This document shows positions 18,553-29,351 of a DNA stretch of 64,000 nt, one piece after another. How positions within the stretch are numbered: position 1 is the first letter of the stretch; each line of letters starts with the position of its first letter. The stretch covers positions 1,627 through 65,626 of the forward strand of contig JAFZUV010000001.1 in the NCBI GenBank assembly GCA_017618135.1, written 5' to 3'. A program made the translations under genes and the position numbers. This DNA comes from Clostridia bacterium (GTDB taxonomy: Bacteria; Bacillota; Clostridia; Oscillospirales; Acutalibacteraceae). The notes under the pieces are model-generated. The model searched no databases. It was not told the origin of the DNA and worked only from the letters and a program-made list of their open reading frames with translations.

Positions 18553-20886
18553 TTATATTCTGATTACCGGTATTTCCTCTTTTCGGGCTTCGTCGCAAAC
18601 AAAGTTATGGCAGGTGAAAAGGCAAATCTGCGAGTTTTCGCCGTAGCCCTTTAAAAACTCAAACGCCGAAGAAAACCGTTTATCGTCATACTGGCTTAAA
18701 GAATCATCGAGAATTAAGGGCAGAGGCTCTTTTTCGGTGATAAGCCTTGATATTGCAAGGCGCAAAGAGAGATAAGCCTGATCTTTAGTTCCGCGACTTA
18801 AGTATTCAAGCTCGTGACTGCCGAAAATATCGCTTTTTTCGGCTGATATATCAAAGCTGTCGGACACGGTCAAAAAACCGTAAGCACCGCCTGTTATTTT
18901 TCTGAAAATATCAAGCGTATTCGATTCGAGTATGCTGCTAAAGCTCTTTCGCGCCGCGGCAAGGCTTTCATTCAGCACATCGTACGCAATGCTTAACGCG
19001 TCAAAGTATTCTTGCTTTGCCTTGATTTTTTCTTCGTACAAAGCAATCTCACGCCGCAAATCTTCCGGGTCGGATAAATTTCTGAAAGCGGTTTTAAGCT
19101 CGGTTTCAAGCCGGGCTTTTTTTGCTATAATTTCTGTTTTTTCGCTGATAAGTTTGTTTGCGGTCATTTTTTGATCATCTAAGTCAATATCACTGATGTC
19201 GCCCGCCTTTGCCAGCCTTTGCTCAGCGGTCTCGTATGAAATATCTCCTAGGTCTCGGCTTAAATATGCAAGGTTCAGCTTAATCTGTTTTTGCTTTTCA
19301 GCCTTTTCTGAAAGCAAATCGGTCAACTTTTTAAGCTTTACGGCGTCAGTACTGTCAGGCAGACCGAAAAAGGCTAACAACTTTTTCTGCTCCGATATAA
19401 GCGTTTGTTCGTCATTCGAAATTTTGATTCCGATATCTCTGATTTTTTGTTGTTCGCTTACGCCAAGGCTGAGCGATGCAGAAAGATTTTGGATTTTTGC
19501 CTCAAGATTTTTCGATTCGCTTTTAAGCATCATAAGCTGCGATTTTTGCGTGCCGAGCGTTAAGCTCTTTTGATTAAGCTCCCTTTGCGCGGCTTCTGCG
19601 CGGGTTCTGTTTACCGGTCGCAATATAAACGCAAGAATGGTTATAAAAACGCCTGAAACACCGGCTATTGTGCCTGATACGGCGGATTTAAGTAAAAAGC
19701 AAAGCACTATACCGAGTATTATTACCGATATACCAAGAGTGAGCAGTATGGGGTTCACAGCACGCTTAGCGTCCTTTTGCAAATCGTTCTTTGTATTTAA
19801 TTTATCTATTTCTTTTTCTGTCGCGGTAATTGCGGCGGATTTTTGTTCTGCTTTGATTTTCAGATCTTCAATTTCTGTTTTTGCTTCTTCTATTTTTTCC
19901 TTGATTTGCTCGGTAGTCAGTCCTTCACGGGCTTTCGCGGCATTTTTAAGTGCTTCAAGCTCTGCTTCGTGAGCTTTTTTTCTTTCCCGGATATTATCAA
20001 GCTTTGAAAAACCGAAATCCAGTTTTTTAATGAACATTTCATCTGCAACCGTACCGTCGGAAAGAGTTAGTTGCCGCGTCAACTCGTCAAGTTCCTTTTT
20101 AAGAGCAATGTATTCTTTTAGCTTGCCGGCGTTTTCAATATCCTTTGTTTTTTCAAGCACGGCGCTCGCCGCTTCGCATTCGGATTCAATTTTTTCAAGT
20201 CGCTTATCCGCGGCCTTTAAAGCTTTTTGTATTTCCTGTTTTTCCTTTGCGGCGCGATCAGACTCTGTAAGCCTCGTTAAAAGCTCGTCGCGCGCTTCAA
20301 TATCGGCGGCTCTGCTTCCGGTTTTTCCCGATTTCGAAATCAGCTTATATTTTGCGTCGTCAAGCCTTTTAAGCACTTTTGCATACGACACTCCGTTCTC
20401 TGAAAGAGCAGAGCTTGAAAGCTTCTGGTTGATTTCACTCGCGGCGTCGCTGTCGTTAGTGACCGCCGGCATATTTCCTATAAATACCGAACGCTCAAAT
20501 GCGTTCATGCTTATACCGAAAAGTGTTTTTCCGATATCGGAGGGGCATACCTCGCTTTTGCCGGTTACAGTATCGGTTATGGTTACTTTATCGGTAGAAT
20601 CGGACTTTCTGAATTGTCGTTCTATAAAAAACTCGCGGCCTGAATGTTCAAAATAAATTCTGCCGCCCGCAGGCGAACCGTCCCACGGGGCATATTTTTC
20701 TCTTGTACTCATACTTTGACCGGCAGAGCGTTTGCCCGTGCCGTAAAACATTGCTTTAATAAACTCGCAAACGGTGGTTTTACCCACTTCGTTTTCACCG
20801 AAAATAATTTGAAAGCCATCCTTTAAGTTAAGCGAAAAATCCTTAAGCTTTCCAAAGGCGCTTATATACAGTTTATTGATCTTCAT
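18553..20886 (-). CDS. SbcC/Rad50-like AAA ATPase with central TM hairpin (B. subtilis YhaN-type)
   Basis: Walker A GENEVGKTT at N-term. Long coiled-coil K/E-rich region interrupted by two TM helices. C-terminal LILDDSLSQYDD signature/D-loop region. Overlaps the upstream phosphoesterase gene by 14 nt. Confidence 0.7.
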   Translation of the reverse strand: MKINKLYISAFGKLKDFSLNLKDGFQIIFGENEVGKTTVCEFIKAMFYGTGKRSAGQSMSTREKYAPWDGSPAGGRIYFEHSGREFFIERQFRKSDSTDKVTITDTVTGKSEVCPSDIGKTLFGISMNAFERSVFIGNMPAVTNDSDAASEINQKLSSSALSENGVSYAKVLKRLDDAKYKLISKSGKTGSRAADIEARDELLTRLTESDRAAKEKQEIQKALKAADKRLEKIESECEAASAVLEKTKDIENAGKLKEYIALKKELDELTRQLTLSDGTVADEMFIKKLDFGFSKLDNIRERKKAHEAELEALKNAAKAREGLTTEQIKEKIEEAKTEIEDLKIKAEQKSAAITATEKEIDKLNTKNDLQKDAKRAVNPILLTLGISVIILGIVLCFLLKSAVSGTIAGVSGVFITILAFILRPVNRTRAEAAQRELNQKSLTLGTQKSQLMMLKSESKNLEAKIQNLSASLSLGVSEQQKIRDIGIKISNDEQTLISEQKKLLAFFGLPDSTDAVKLKKLTDLLSEKAEKQKQIKLNLAYLSRDLGDISYETAEQRLAKAGDISDIDLDDQKMTANKLISEKTEIIAKKARLETELKTAFRNLSDPEDLRREIALYEEKIKAKQEYFDALSIAYDVLNESLAAARKSFSSILESNTLDIFRKITGGAYGFLTVSDSFDISAEKSDIFGSHELEYLSRGTKDQAYLSLRLAISRLITEKEPLPLILDDSLSQYDDKRFSSAFEFLKGYGENSQICLFTCHNFVCDEARKEEIPVIRI

Positions 20887-22018
20887 TATAAAGCACCTCC
20901 GATGAAAACGCTTTAATTCCGAGATTTAAAGCCATTCTCAGTGTTTGGTTTTCCGGCTCTTCGGCAATCCTTTTAAGCATCCGCGATACAAAAACACCCT
21001 TAAGAGAGTTTTCATTTTTGATTATTTCCAAATCCTTTAATACTTCGGTACAGTCTTTGACTTTTACAAAATAAAGCATACTTGATAGCCTGCTGGTTAT
21101 TTCGTTTGTATCAAAGAAACTACCTTCGGGTATATCACCTGTAAGAATGATTTTATAAAGGTTATCGGCAAACAAATCCCCGTATTTATTCTTAAGCACT
21201 GATATTACCTTCTCCGCCGCTGAAGGGTTATCTTCGCAGTCGGAGACATCAATCTCTACCATTTCGTGTGTGCGAACAGAGGTTCTGAAAAACTCAAGCT
21301 CACATATTCCTTTGCCGATGCTTCCTATATAAACGCCTTTCTCGCCAAGCTCATCAAAGCCAAGTCCCTCAGCGCAGCCGCTGTATGCAAAAAAGGTATT
21401 GCCGCGCCTCATAATATCCGAGCGTTTATGTATATGTCCGAGGGCAATATAATCCATACCGCAGTTATCTATGAATTCGCCCGTTATAGAGTTGTAATTT
21501 GAAGAAAGGTCGGACTTCAACTCTCCGTGCTGGCACAGTATATTTATGCTGTCATCCGTCGGCTTAAGTGCAAATCGGGCTTCGCCCTGCATATAAACAT
21601 CAAAGAACGATCGACCGTACACTTTTGTACCAAGCGTTTCAAAATAAACGAACGAGTCAGTATCCGGTAAGATACAGAAGTTTTCCGGCAATCTCATATT
21701 AAAAAACGGAGAAGAGGAGTTTAAGGGGTCGTGATTGCCGGCGGCAAAAACAACCTTAATATCCGGTACGCTTCCGATGCATTCGACAGTACGGTTAACA
21801 GCTGAGCGCTCTACCGAATTTGAACAGAAAAGATCTCCTGCGATAAGAATAATATTTACAGCGTTATCCTTTGCAAGACGAATTATATTTTCAAATGTAA
21901 TAAGAGTCTCAAAACGGCGTGTTTGCCCCTTTTCGCCAAGCATTGCCGCCGTAGCTCCGATATGAAGGTCTGCACAATGAAGAATCTTTACCTTATTCAC
22001 ATAATCCCCCCGTTTCAA
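20873..22018 (-). CDS. SbcD/Mre11-like metallophosphoesterase DNA repair exonuclease (YhaO-type)
   Basis: ILHCADLHIG, IAGDLF, AAGNHDP, LGHIH calcineurin-like phosphoesterase motifs. Confidence 0.8.
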   Translation of the reverse strand: MKRGDYVNKVKILHCADLHIGATAAMLGEKGQTRRFETLITFENIIRLAKDNAVNIILIAGDLFCSNSVERSAVNRTVECIGSVPDIKVVFAAGNHDPLNSSSPFFNMRLPENFCILPDTDSFVYFETLGTKVYGRSFFDVYMQGEARFALKPTDDSINILCQHGELKSDLSSNYNSITGEFIDNCGMDYIALGHIHKRSDIMRRGNTFFAYSGCAEGLGFDELGEKGVYIGSIGKGICELEFFRTSVRTHEMVEIDVSDCEDNPSAAEKVISVLKNKYGDLFADNLYKIILTGDIPEGSFFDTNEITSRLSSMLYFVKVKDCTEVLKDLEIIKNENSLKGVFVSRMLKRIAEEPENQTLRMALNLGIKAFSSEVLYNEDQ

Positions 22019-22094
22019 TTTATTATTTTATCACAAAAGTAATGCGTATTCAAGTAGTGGAACAACAAGTATCAAGTTGAATTCTTACCTTTAA

Positions 22095-22127
22095 CAAAAA
22101 ACGCGGGTGTTCGTTTGAACACCCGCA
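22095..22127 (-). terminator. intrinsic terminator after spoIIE
   Basis: CGCGGGTGTTC-GTTT-GAACACCCGC hairpin with T-run on the minus strand (AAAAAA on plus at 22095-22101). Confidence 0.6.
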
Positions 22128-22142
22128 TTTCTTTAAAAACGG

Positions 22143-24443
22143 TCAGTTTATTATTGCAGTAATTACGGTTATGTCATCGGTATGGGAGTCGGTACGGCGG
22201 TTCGCCGCCATCTGGCATAGCCTGTCGGATAAGCTTTGAGCGGTACAGTCGACGGCGTGCTCGAGCTCATCTCTTATCCAATCGGTACCCGTCGCGGTCA
22301 CTCCGTCGGATACCATCACCAAGATATCCTTTGATGAAAGCTTGATATACGCTTTATCAAACGCCACATCGGGGAGGATTCCTATCGGCATAGAGGTACT
22401 TACCGCTTTCCCCGAACGGCCTGAACGCCGCACTACGGTAGGTGCCGCGCCCGCTTTGTACAGATTAAGCTCACCGTTGAACATATCAAAGCAGGCAATA
22501 TCCAGCGTAGCAAGCGATTCATCGGCGGATTTAAAAAGCATAGAGGAATTGAGTATTTTAAGCGCGCAATCAAAGCCGAAGCCTGATTTGATAAGTCGGC
22601 TTATAAGGCCGGACGCCATCGCAGAGTCAACTGCCGCGCGCGAGCCGGTACCCATACCGTCGCTCAGTATTATTATGAAACGACCTGTGCCGTCTGAAAA
22701 ATAGGAATATGCGTCTCCGCACATATCTCCGGGTCTTGCACTCTTTTGAGATATACCTATGTCCATTTTGAATTTTGCCCGTTCGCTTATATTTATAAAT
22801 GTTTCGCCCGACGCCTTTTTTATCACGGGCGGTGCAAAATTCCGTTCACAGGAAAGCGAAAGCGCCCTCATAATATCCCTTTTATTAAGCACTGCATCGT
22901 TTGGCTTTTTAAGCTTTATTATTATTTTCATTCTGCCGTATTTATCAACAGGGGCGCTGCATTCTTCCGCTATTATACCTAAGTTTTTAAGAGCGCATAC
23001 GGCTGTAACGGCCGCGGCGTTATCAAATCTAATGTCCTTTGAAAAATTTTGTGACATCTCGGCAAGCATTATAGCGATACCTTCAAACTGATCGCCGATT
23101 GCCTGACGAATTTGCTGTATTCTTCCGTTTGTTTCGGTAATTGCCGCATAGGAAAGGTAGTTGGTGCTTAGACTGCCGCAAAACCTTTCGGGTCTTAAAC
23201 AAATACTTTTAAAATCACCGGGCATATTGTCTGATGATAAATGTCCGGTTGATTTTATTTTATTTATCATCTCAAAAATCGCGCCGAGAGTCTCACTTTT
23301 GTTTGCCTGCCAGCAGCGCGTATGCATTTTACAACCTATGCAGGCCGAATCTTTTATCTGGGCGAGCATACCCGAAAAACCGGGAGTGTTGATACCGTCG
23401 AGTCTTGAGGCCACCTCGTCCACGGTTGTTTTTACATCTTTTATACTTGCCGCCGCTTCCGACAGTCGGATAGTTACCGCCCGGTTGAGGTCGTTATTAA
23501 CGCTTATTTCGGGAAAGCAGGTAAATACTCTGCCTAGGTTTATTCCCGTGCTTTTAGGAATAAGCGCAAATATAATACAGCCTATCAATACTTCGGTTAC
23601 AAAAGCGGCGGTTTGCGCGTTAGCGGGCAGAAGTAACACCGATACCGTAACGCAGGTAAAAAGCGAACAAATCTGTATATATTTTCCGAGTGATGTCACG
23701 AGACCGGAAATCAAAGCGGCGGCGGTAAAAATCAAGCAGATTTGCGCCGGTCTGCCGGAAAAATACAATAAAAGTGCTGAGGATACCGAGCATGCCGTTG
23801 AGGCCTGCATACCCCCGTATTTTGCGCAGGTCAATATCAATGCCGCGGTAAGTATTCCGCTTATCGATACGCCGAAGAGCGCTACCCGGTAAAGCGATAC
23901 TGTAACCATACTTATAACAATCAAAAAGCAGCCAAGCTCTTCGTTTGAAAGACCGCGATAAAGGTGGGGTAAAAAAGAGAAAGTCCGGCTGATTACTATT
24001 GCCGCCGCGGCGACCAGTAAAACCTCAAGTGTGATATGAATAACATCGGCGCTTGTTCCGCTGAAAGCCACAGCACTTGTGACGGCGACCGATACAGAAC
24101 TTGTAAGAGCCGCAAAAAGCGGGCTTGTATTAAGCTTTTTACTGAAAGATATAATAAATCTTACCGCGATTACCGCAAGCGACGCGGCAATATATCTGAA
24201 GCCAGAAACGCTGATGCCGGGTATGAAATAACCGATAAAAACGCCTACCGCTGCACTCGGCAAATATGCAGGAGAGCAACCGGCCAGAAACGATACGCCA
24301 AGCGGCATATACTTTTCGAAAAAAGCCGCTTTACACACGGTAAAGCCCAGTGCCGCGAAAAGAAGGTGGTAAATCACCGCCATACGGATATCCGATTTGC
24401 TGAATTTTTCCGCTTTGTAGGACAGTATCTTAACATCTTTCAT
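22143..24443 (-). CDS. spoIIE: stage II sporulation protein E (PP2C phosphatase with ~10 TM)
   Basis: 766 aa. N-terminal polytopic membrane domain. C-terminal PP2C: IILSDGMGTGSRAAVDS, DIACFDMFNGELNLYKAGAAP, VMVSDGV. Confidence 0.9.
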   Translation of the reverse strand: MKDVKILSYKAEKFSKSDIRMAVIYHLLFAALGFTVCKAAFFEKYMPLGVSFLAGCSPAYLPSAAVGVFIGYFIPGISVSGFRYIAASLAVIAVRFIISFSKKLNTSPLFAALTSSVSVAVTSAVAFSGTSADVIHITLEVLLVAAAAIVISRTFSFLPHLYRGLSNEELGCFLIVISMVTVSLYRVALFGVSISGILTAALILTCAKYGGMQASTACSVSSALLLYFSGRPAQICLIFTAAALISGLVTSLGKYIQICSLFTCVTVSVLLLPANAQTAAFVTEVLIGCIIFALIPKSTGINLGRVFTCFPEISVNNDLNRAVTIRLSEAAASIKDVKTTVDEVASRLDGINTPGFSGMLAQIKDSACIGCKMHTRCWQANKSETLGAIFEMINKIKSTGHLSSDNMPGDFKSICLRPERFCGSLSTNYLSYAAITETNGRIQQIRQAIGDQFEGIAIMLAEMSQNFSKDIRFDNAAAVTAVCALKNLGIIAEECSAPVDKYGRMKIIIKLKKPNDAVLNKRDIMRALSLSCERNFAPPVIKKASGETFINISERAKFKMDIGISQKSARPGDMCGDAYSYFSDGTGRFIIILSDGMGTGSRAAVDSAMASGLISRLIKSGFGFDCALKILNSSMLFKSADESLATLDIACFDMFNGELNLYKAGAAPTVVRRSGRSGKAVSTSMPIGILPDVAFDKAYIKLSSKDILVMVSDGVTATGTDWIRDELEHAVDCTAQSLSDRLCQMAANRRTDSHTDDITVITAIIN

Positions 24444-24597
24444 TTTTTACACCGCCGATATGTGATTTTTTTTAATTATATAACTCAGGCGGCATTTAAT
24501 TTGTCAAAATAAAGGGTTGATTTTTCGCAAATTGTGTCCTAAAAAACAAACGAATAAAATTTGTCAAACCGCAAACAATAAAACCGCAGGTGATGTT

Positions 24598-25239
24598 ATG
24601 AATAAGTTTTTAAAAACAATAATTATCGCACTCACAATTTCTTGTCTTTTATGTATGTCGGTTGCGGCGCTGTCAAGAATGGGTTCGGTAGGAAGCGAGG
24701 TTACCTCGATACAAAAAGCCTTAAAAAACAAAGGATATTATAAAGGCAGTATTGATGGTATTTTCGGCTCAAAAACACTCGCGGCGGTAAAAAGCTTTCA
24801 AAAGGCACAGGGGTTGGCGGTTGACGGAATCGCCGGGCCTAAAACGCTGAAAGCGCTTGGTATATCGTCGGGCTCGGGCGGGTATTCCTCAAACGACTAT
24901 AACCTGCTTGCCCGCATTATATCGGCAGAATCAAGAGGCGAACCTTATTTAGGTCAGGTAGCGGTAGGTGCCGTGATATTAAATCGTGTTGAGCATCCTT
25001 CTTTTCCGGATACAATATCGGGCGTAATCTATCAGAACGGCGCATTTTCCTGCCTTAATGACGGTCAGTTCTACCAGCCGGTATCATCAAGCGCGTATAC
25101 CGCGGCACGCGATGCGCTTAACGGACTTGACCCGAGCGGCGGCGCCATTTACTATTATAATCCCAAAACCGCAACGAGCAGTTGGATACGGTCGAGACCG
25201 GTTATAACCACTATCGGAAACCATGTTTTTTGCAAATAA
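24598..25239 (+). CDS. sleB: spore cortex-lytic enzyme SleB-type (PG_binding_1 + Hydrolase_2)
   Basis: Signal peptide MNKFLKTIIIALTISCLLCMSVAA. PG-binding repeat VTSIQKALKNKGYYKGSIDGIFGSKTLAAVKSFQKAQGLAVDGIAGPKT. Hydrolase_2 core SAESRGEPYLGQVAVGAVILNRV...QNGAFSCLNDGQ. The track ORF begins upstream at 24517, but the Met at 24598 precedes the signal peptide. Confidence 0.8.
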   Translation: MNKFLKTIIIALTISCLLCMSVAALSRMGSVGSEVTSIQKALKNKGYYKGSIDGIFGSKTLAAVKSFQKAQGLAVDGIAGPKTLKALGISSGSGGYSSNDYNLLARIISAESRGEPYLGQVAVGAVILNRVEHPSFPDTISGVIYQNGAFSCLNDGQFYQPVSSSAYTAARDALNGLDPSGGAIYYYNPKTATSSWIRSRPVITTIGNHVFCK

Positions 25240-25285
25240 AAAGAACGCCGTCGGATGCTTCCCGACGGCGTTCTTTGATTATTCC

Positions 25286-27367
25286 CTATTGATTTTCAAG
25301 ATTTGCTCTGAACTGTTCGCATATATTAAGAAAGGCCTTTACAACATCCGGGTCAAAATGGGTTCCGGATTCTTCTTTTATAATTGATACCGCTTTATCA
25401 AAGCTGAAGGGCTCCTTATAGCTCCTGCGGGAAACCAAAGCGTCAAACACATCGGCGACCGCCATAATTCTGGCGCCAAGCGGAATTTCTTGACCTTTAA
25501 TACCGTAAGGATAGCCGCAACCGTTCCACCACTCGTGGTGGTAGGTCGCCATATCCGCAGACTCTTTAAGATATTCCTCATTCTGGGCAAACGACATAGA
25601 TTCTTTAAGTATACTTTCGCCTTCGGTGGTATGAGTTTTCATTATGGCAAATTCTTCCTCGGTCAGTTTGCCGGGCTTGTTTAAAATAGTATCGGAAACC
25701 TTTATTTTGCCCACATCATGAAGCGGAGCACTGCGTTTTAAGTGAGCAATATAGTCTTCACTGAGAATGTCCGGGTACATACCCTCCCTGCGCATTTCTT
25801 CGGCAATGGCGGCTACATAATACGAAGTCTTTTTAATGTGGTCGCCGGTGCATTTATCGCGGGCTTCAACCATTTCGGCAAAGTCCATAATGATAGACTC
25901 CTGCATCTGCTCAATTACAGCCGCCTGATGTTCAACTTCGTTTATATGAGAGGATGTGTCGCTTGCCATTTTTAAAAGCGAGGCATAAAGATCGCCGATT
26001 TCATCTTTCGAGGAAATGTTAAGCTTCTTGATTCCCGAAACGCCTTCGTCAAGGCTTTGCCCTATATCGAAGGCAAAATCTCCGGCAGCTCTTGCCATAC
26101 CGTTTAACGGAGAAATTACATAATGAGTTATTATATCCCGTATTATCACAATAATTATTACCGAAACGCTGAAAAATACCGAAAGCATTTTAGCAAGAAA
26201 TATTATTTCATCGGTTTTAACGCGCTGCATCTGGATATCCGCTGCCGCGTAACAGGTGCATTCGCCTATCGAATTGTAAACCGGGGTATAAACGGTGAGA
26301 AGCCAACCGTATGTATCGTCTGTCACCATAGGTTCTATGGGCTTACCCATTAAAAGATCGTCAACTTTATCCTTGAACGATTCGTCAAATTCAATTACCG
26401 AGTTGATTTCCGCGCCGTCAATGCCACCGCTGTCAAGATCGAATACCACATGACATCCGTCCGGCATAATTTTGTAGGCATATATGTACTCAACTCGCGG
26501 GAAGGCTTCCTTAATACCGTAAAGCAGTTGCTCTGTGCGTTTATACCCCTGCGCCGAGCGACCCTCTTTCAGGTAATTGTCTACCATATTTCCGTCAATA
26601 TAATCCGCTGCCATTTCTGAAACGCCGCGACATTCTTCGGTGTGATTGCGGATTGATATATTGCGATAAATCAAGAAAGACACACATGCCGCCAGAATAC
26701 CGAGCATAATTTGTGTGGCAACGATAATTGCCGCAAATTTTGTTGCCAGAGAGAAACCTTTTTTATTTTCCGCCGGACGACCGTATCTTCTTGATACGGT
26801 TGATACATTGTTCTTAAACCTTGCGTCAGAGAGCTTATAAATAATTGCTGCCGTAAGAACGGATACGAACTTTTGCAGTCCTTCAGTACAAAAGCTTGAG
26901 ATTAAAAGACTTATGAATTTCGAGAACGCTCCGGTGGCATATATCTTCTCGGAAAGCTGAGCGGCAACGCCGTCGCCAAAATCGAGGCCGTATAACAGCC
27001 AGGTAATAACCGAACTCAGTACTGCGCAAAAGGCGGCGATTGCAACGGCGCTTACGAGAATTTTCCAAAATTTTTCAAATACATTTTTCCTTGCAAGGTC
27101 GGCGATAACAATCGCCATAATCACATTCACAAGACTGAAAAATATCTTTGTTGAATTCAAAGAAAAACCAATGAGATTTGTAATGAAGCCGGTAAAAACA
27201 CCGGGTATCATGCCGCCGAACATCGAAGCAAGCGCGGTACCCAAGCTGTCAAGATACAGATCAATTCCAAGCTTTCTCGACAAGAGTGAAATGCCGGTAT
27301 TAAGCGCAACGCCCGCCGATACAAGTATTAAAAATCTGAGTACGGGATTTATTCGTTTTAATTTCAT
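25286..27367 (-). CDS. membrane-anchored HD-GYP domain protein (likely c-di-GMP phosphodiesterase) with extracytoplasmic sensor region
   Basis: N-terminal TM bundle, ~150 aa loop, TM, coiled region. HD-GYP: LHDVGKIKVSD, HHEWWNGCGYPYG, AVADVFDALVSRRSYK. Confidence 0.85.
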   Translation of the reverse strand: MKLKRINPVLRFLILVSAGVALNTGISLLSRKLGIDLYLDSLGTALASMFGGMIPGVFTGFITNLIGFSLNSTKIFFSLVNVIMAIVIADLARKNVFEKFWKILVSAVAIAAFCAVLSSVITWLLYGLDFGDGVAAQLSEKIYATGAFSKFISLLISSFCTEGLQKFVSVLTAAIIYKLSDARFKNNVSTVSRRYGRPAENKKGFSLATKFAAIIVATQIMLGILAACVSFLIYRNISIRNHTEECRGVSEMAADYIDGNMVDNYLKEGRSAQGYKRTEQLLYGIKEAFPRVEYIYAYKIMPDGCHVVFDLDSGGIDGAEINSVIEFDESFKDKVDDLLMGKPIEPMVTDDTYGWLLTVYTPVYNSIGECTCYAAADIQMQRVKTDEIIFLAKMLSVFFSVSVIIIVIIRDIITHYVISPLNGMARAAGDFAFDIGQSLDEGVSGIKKLNISSKDEIGDLYASLLKMASDTSSHINEVEHQAAVIEQMQESIIMDFAEMVEARDKCTGDHIKKTSYYVAAIAEEMRREGMYPDILSEDYIAHLKRSAPLHDVGKIKVSDTILNKPGKLTEEEFAIMKTHTTEGESILKESMSFAQNEEYLKESADMATYHHEWWNGCGYPYGIKGQEIPLGARIMAVADVFDALVSRRSYKEPFSFDKAVSIIKEESGTHFDPDVVKAFLNICEQFRANLENQ

Positions 27368-27561
27368 CCGTGCGGTTCCTTTCGTTATTGTTTAAAAACA
27401 ACCTCTGTTATCATATTCTATCATATTGATTAAAAAAAACAAGGGAAAGTTATTTAATATCGACATTTTTCAAAAAACAGCATACATTTTCGGGCAATTT
27501 TACATTGACTAAGCTTTGCACTTACAGTATAATCTTTCTATAAGGCTTTGAGAGGTATAGC

Positions 27562-29295
27562 ATGTTCAAAAGATTTATCGGCTATTACGGTCCCCATAAG
27601 CGAATGTTGGCGCTTGATATGTTGGCGTCGCTGCTTATTTCATTGCTCGGTATGGTTTACCCCATTGTGACCAATAAAATGCTTAATGATTTCATCCCGA
27701 ATAAGCAGTATCGCCTTATCGTTATTTGCGGAGTTCTGGTGCTTGTTCTTTATGCCGTAAGAATGCTTCTTGAGTATTTTGTGCAGTATTACGGGCATAT
27801 AATCGGTGTTCGTATGCAGTCGCAAATGCGTCGGGATTTGTTTTCTCACTTGCAAAAGCTTCCGTATTCTTTTTACGATAATAACGAGACGGGGCAGATT
27901 ATGACCCGCATCACCAGCGACCTGTTTGAAATCTGTGAGTTGGCGCATCACGGACCGGAGAGCCTGCTCATCAGTTCAATTATGATAATACTTTCGTTCT
28001 CATACCTTATGACTATTGACTGGATATTGACTCTCATTATATTTGCCTGCGTGCCGGTGCTTATTTTTGTATCCCGTCATTACAGAAAGGCAATGCGTCA
28101 GGCGTTTAAGGATCGCAGAAAAAGCAATGCCGTGATAAACGCGGCGGTTGAGAGCAGTATTACCGGTATTCGCGTTACCAAGGCGTATACAAATTCCGCA
28201 ACAGAGGAGGAAAAATTTCTTCAAGGAGACAATCAGTTTGTTTCATCCTCTAAAGACGCGTATAAGGCAATGGGAAAATTCCATTCCTCTACAACCTTTA
28301 TCACTGATATTTTTAATGTTTTTATTCTTATTGCCGGAGGACTGTTCTTATATTCCGGGCGTATATCTTTCGGGGATTACTCTACCTTTATAGTGTCCGT
28401 GAACCTGTTTTTAAATCCGGTTAACACGCTCATAAGGTTTATGGAGCAGTTCCAGAACGGTGTAAGCGGTTTCCAACGCTTTACCGAAATTATGGATGAA
28501 AAACCCGAGACTGACGCGCCCGACGCTATAGAGCTTAAAAATGTGAGCGGCGAAATCGAGTTTAAAAATGTTTCCTATTCGTATGCCGGCTCAAAAGAGG
28601 TTTTACATAATATTGACCTTAAAATCGAAAAGGGAAAGAAGCTGGCGCTGGTAGGCCCTTCCGGAGGGGGAAAGACTACTATTTGCCACTTACTCCCCAA
28701 TTTTTATAAATTAGCCGATAACTGCGGGGAAATACTCATAGACTGTATGGATATAAGGCATTTAACGCTTGATTCGGTGCGAAAAAACATAGGTATCGTT
28801 CAGCAGGATGTTTTTCTGTTTGTGGGTACAATAAAGGAAAATATACTGTACGGCAGACCCGACGCCACGGATGAAGAGGTAATAACAGCGGCAAAGCGCG
28901 CAAACATTCATAATTTTGTTATGACTCTTGAAAACGGCTATGATACCGAGATAGGCGAGCGGGGGGTCAGGCTTTCAGGCGGTCAAAAGCAGAGGGTCAG
29001 TATCGCGAGGGTATTTCTTAAGAATCCGGCTATTCTGATACTTGATGAGGCGACAAGCGCGCTCGATAATACCACCGAAGTATTGATTCAGCATTCGCTT
29101 GACGAGCTTTGTGAAGGTCGTACAACGCTTGTAGTGGCACACAGGCTGTCCACCATTCGCGGCGCCGATGAAATAGCCGTTGTAACGGGCGGCAGGATAA
29201 TCGAGCGCGGCACGCATGATGAGCTTATGGGTAAGGACGGCGTGTATAAAGAGCTTTACAGTTTGCAATTCCGCGAGAATGATATTATCGCATAG
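27562..29295 (+). CDS. ABC exporter, fused permease/ATPase (MsbA-like)
   Basis: 6 TM + NBD. Walker A GPSGGGKTT. Signature LSGGQKQRVSIAR. Walker B ILILDEATSALD. Confidence 0.9.
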   Translation: MFKRFIGYYGPHKRMLALDMLASLLISLLGMVYPIVTNKMLNDFIPNKQYRLIVICGVLVLVLYAVRMLLEYFVQYYGHIIGVRMQSQMRRDLFSHLQKLPYSFYDNNETGQIMTRITSDLFEICELAHHGPESLLISSIMIILSFSYLMTIDWILTLIIFACVPVLIFVSRHYRKAMRQAFKDRRKSNAVINAAVESSITGIRVTKAYTNSATEEEKFLQGDNQFVSSSKDAYKAMGKFHSSTTFITDIFNVFILIAGGLFLYSGRISFGDYSTFIVSVNLFLNPVNTLIRFMEQFQNGVSGFQRFTEIMDEKPETDAPDAIELKNVSGEIEFKNVSYSYAGSKEVLHNIDLKIEKGKKLALVGPSGGGKTTICHLLPNFYKLADNCGEILIDCMDIRHLTLDSVRKNIGIVQQDVFLFVGTIKENILYGRPDATDEEVITAAKRANIHNFVMTLENGYDTEIGERGVRLSGGQKQRVSIARVFLKNPAILILDEATSALDNTTEVLIQHSLDELCEGRTTLVVAHRLSTIRGADEIAVVTGGRIIERGTHDELMGKDGVYKELYSLQFRENDIIA

Positions 29296-29351
29296 CAGCA
29301 TATTATGTTGTTGTATTTAATTACGGCAACCGATACAATAATTTTAAAGGG

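Noticed and set aside
19196-20656. Ser/Ala/Phe-rich plus-strand ORFs (125, 111 and 208 aa) opposite the SbcC-like gene
   Set aside because: These are antisense translations of a K/E-rich coiled-coil coding region, which yields low-complexity S/F/L-rich artefacts. No RBS or independent signal was seen.
23161-23892. 243-aa plus-strand ORF within spoIIE
   Set aside because: Antisense to the spoIIE membrane domain. spoIIE itself is unambiguous.
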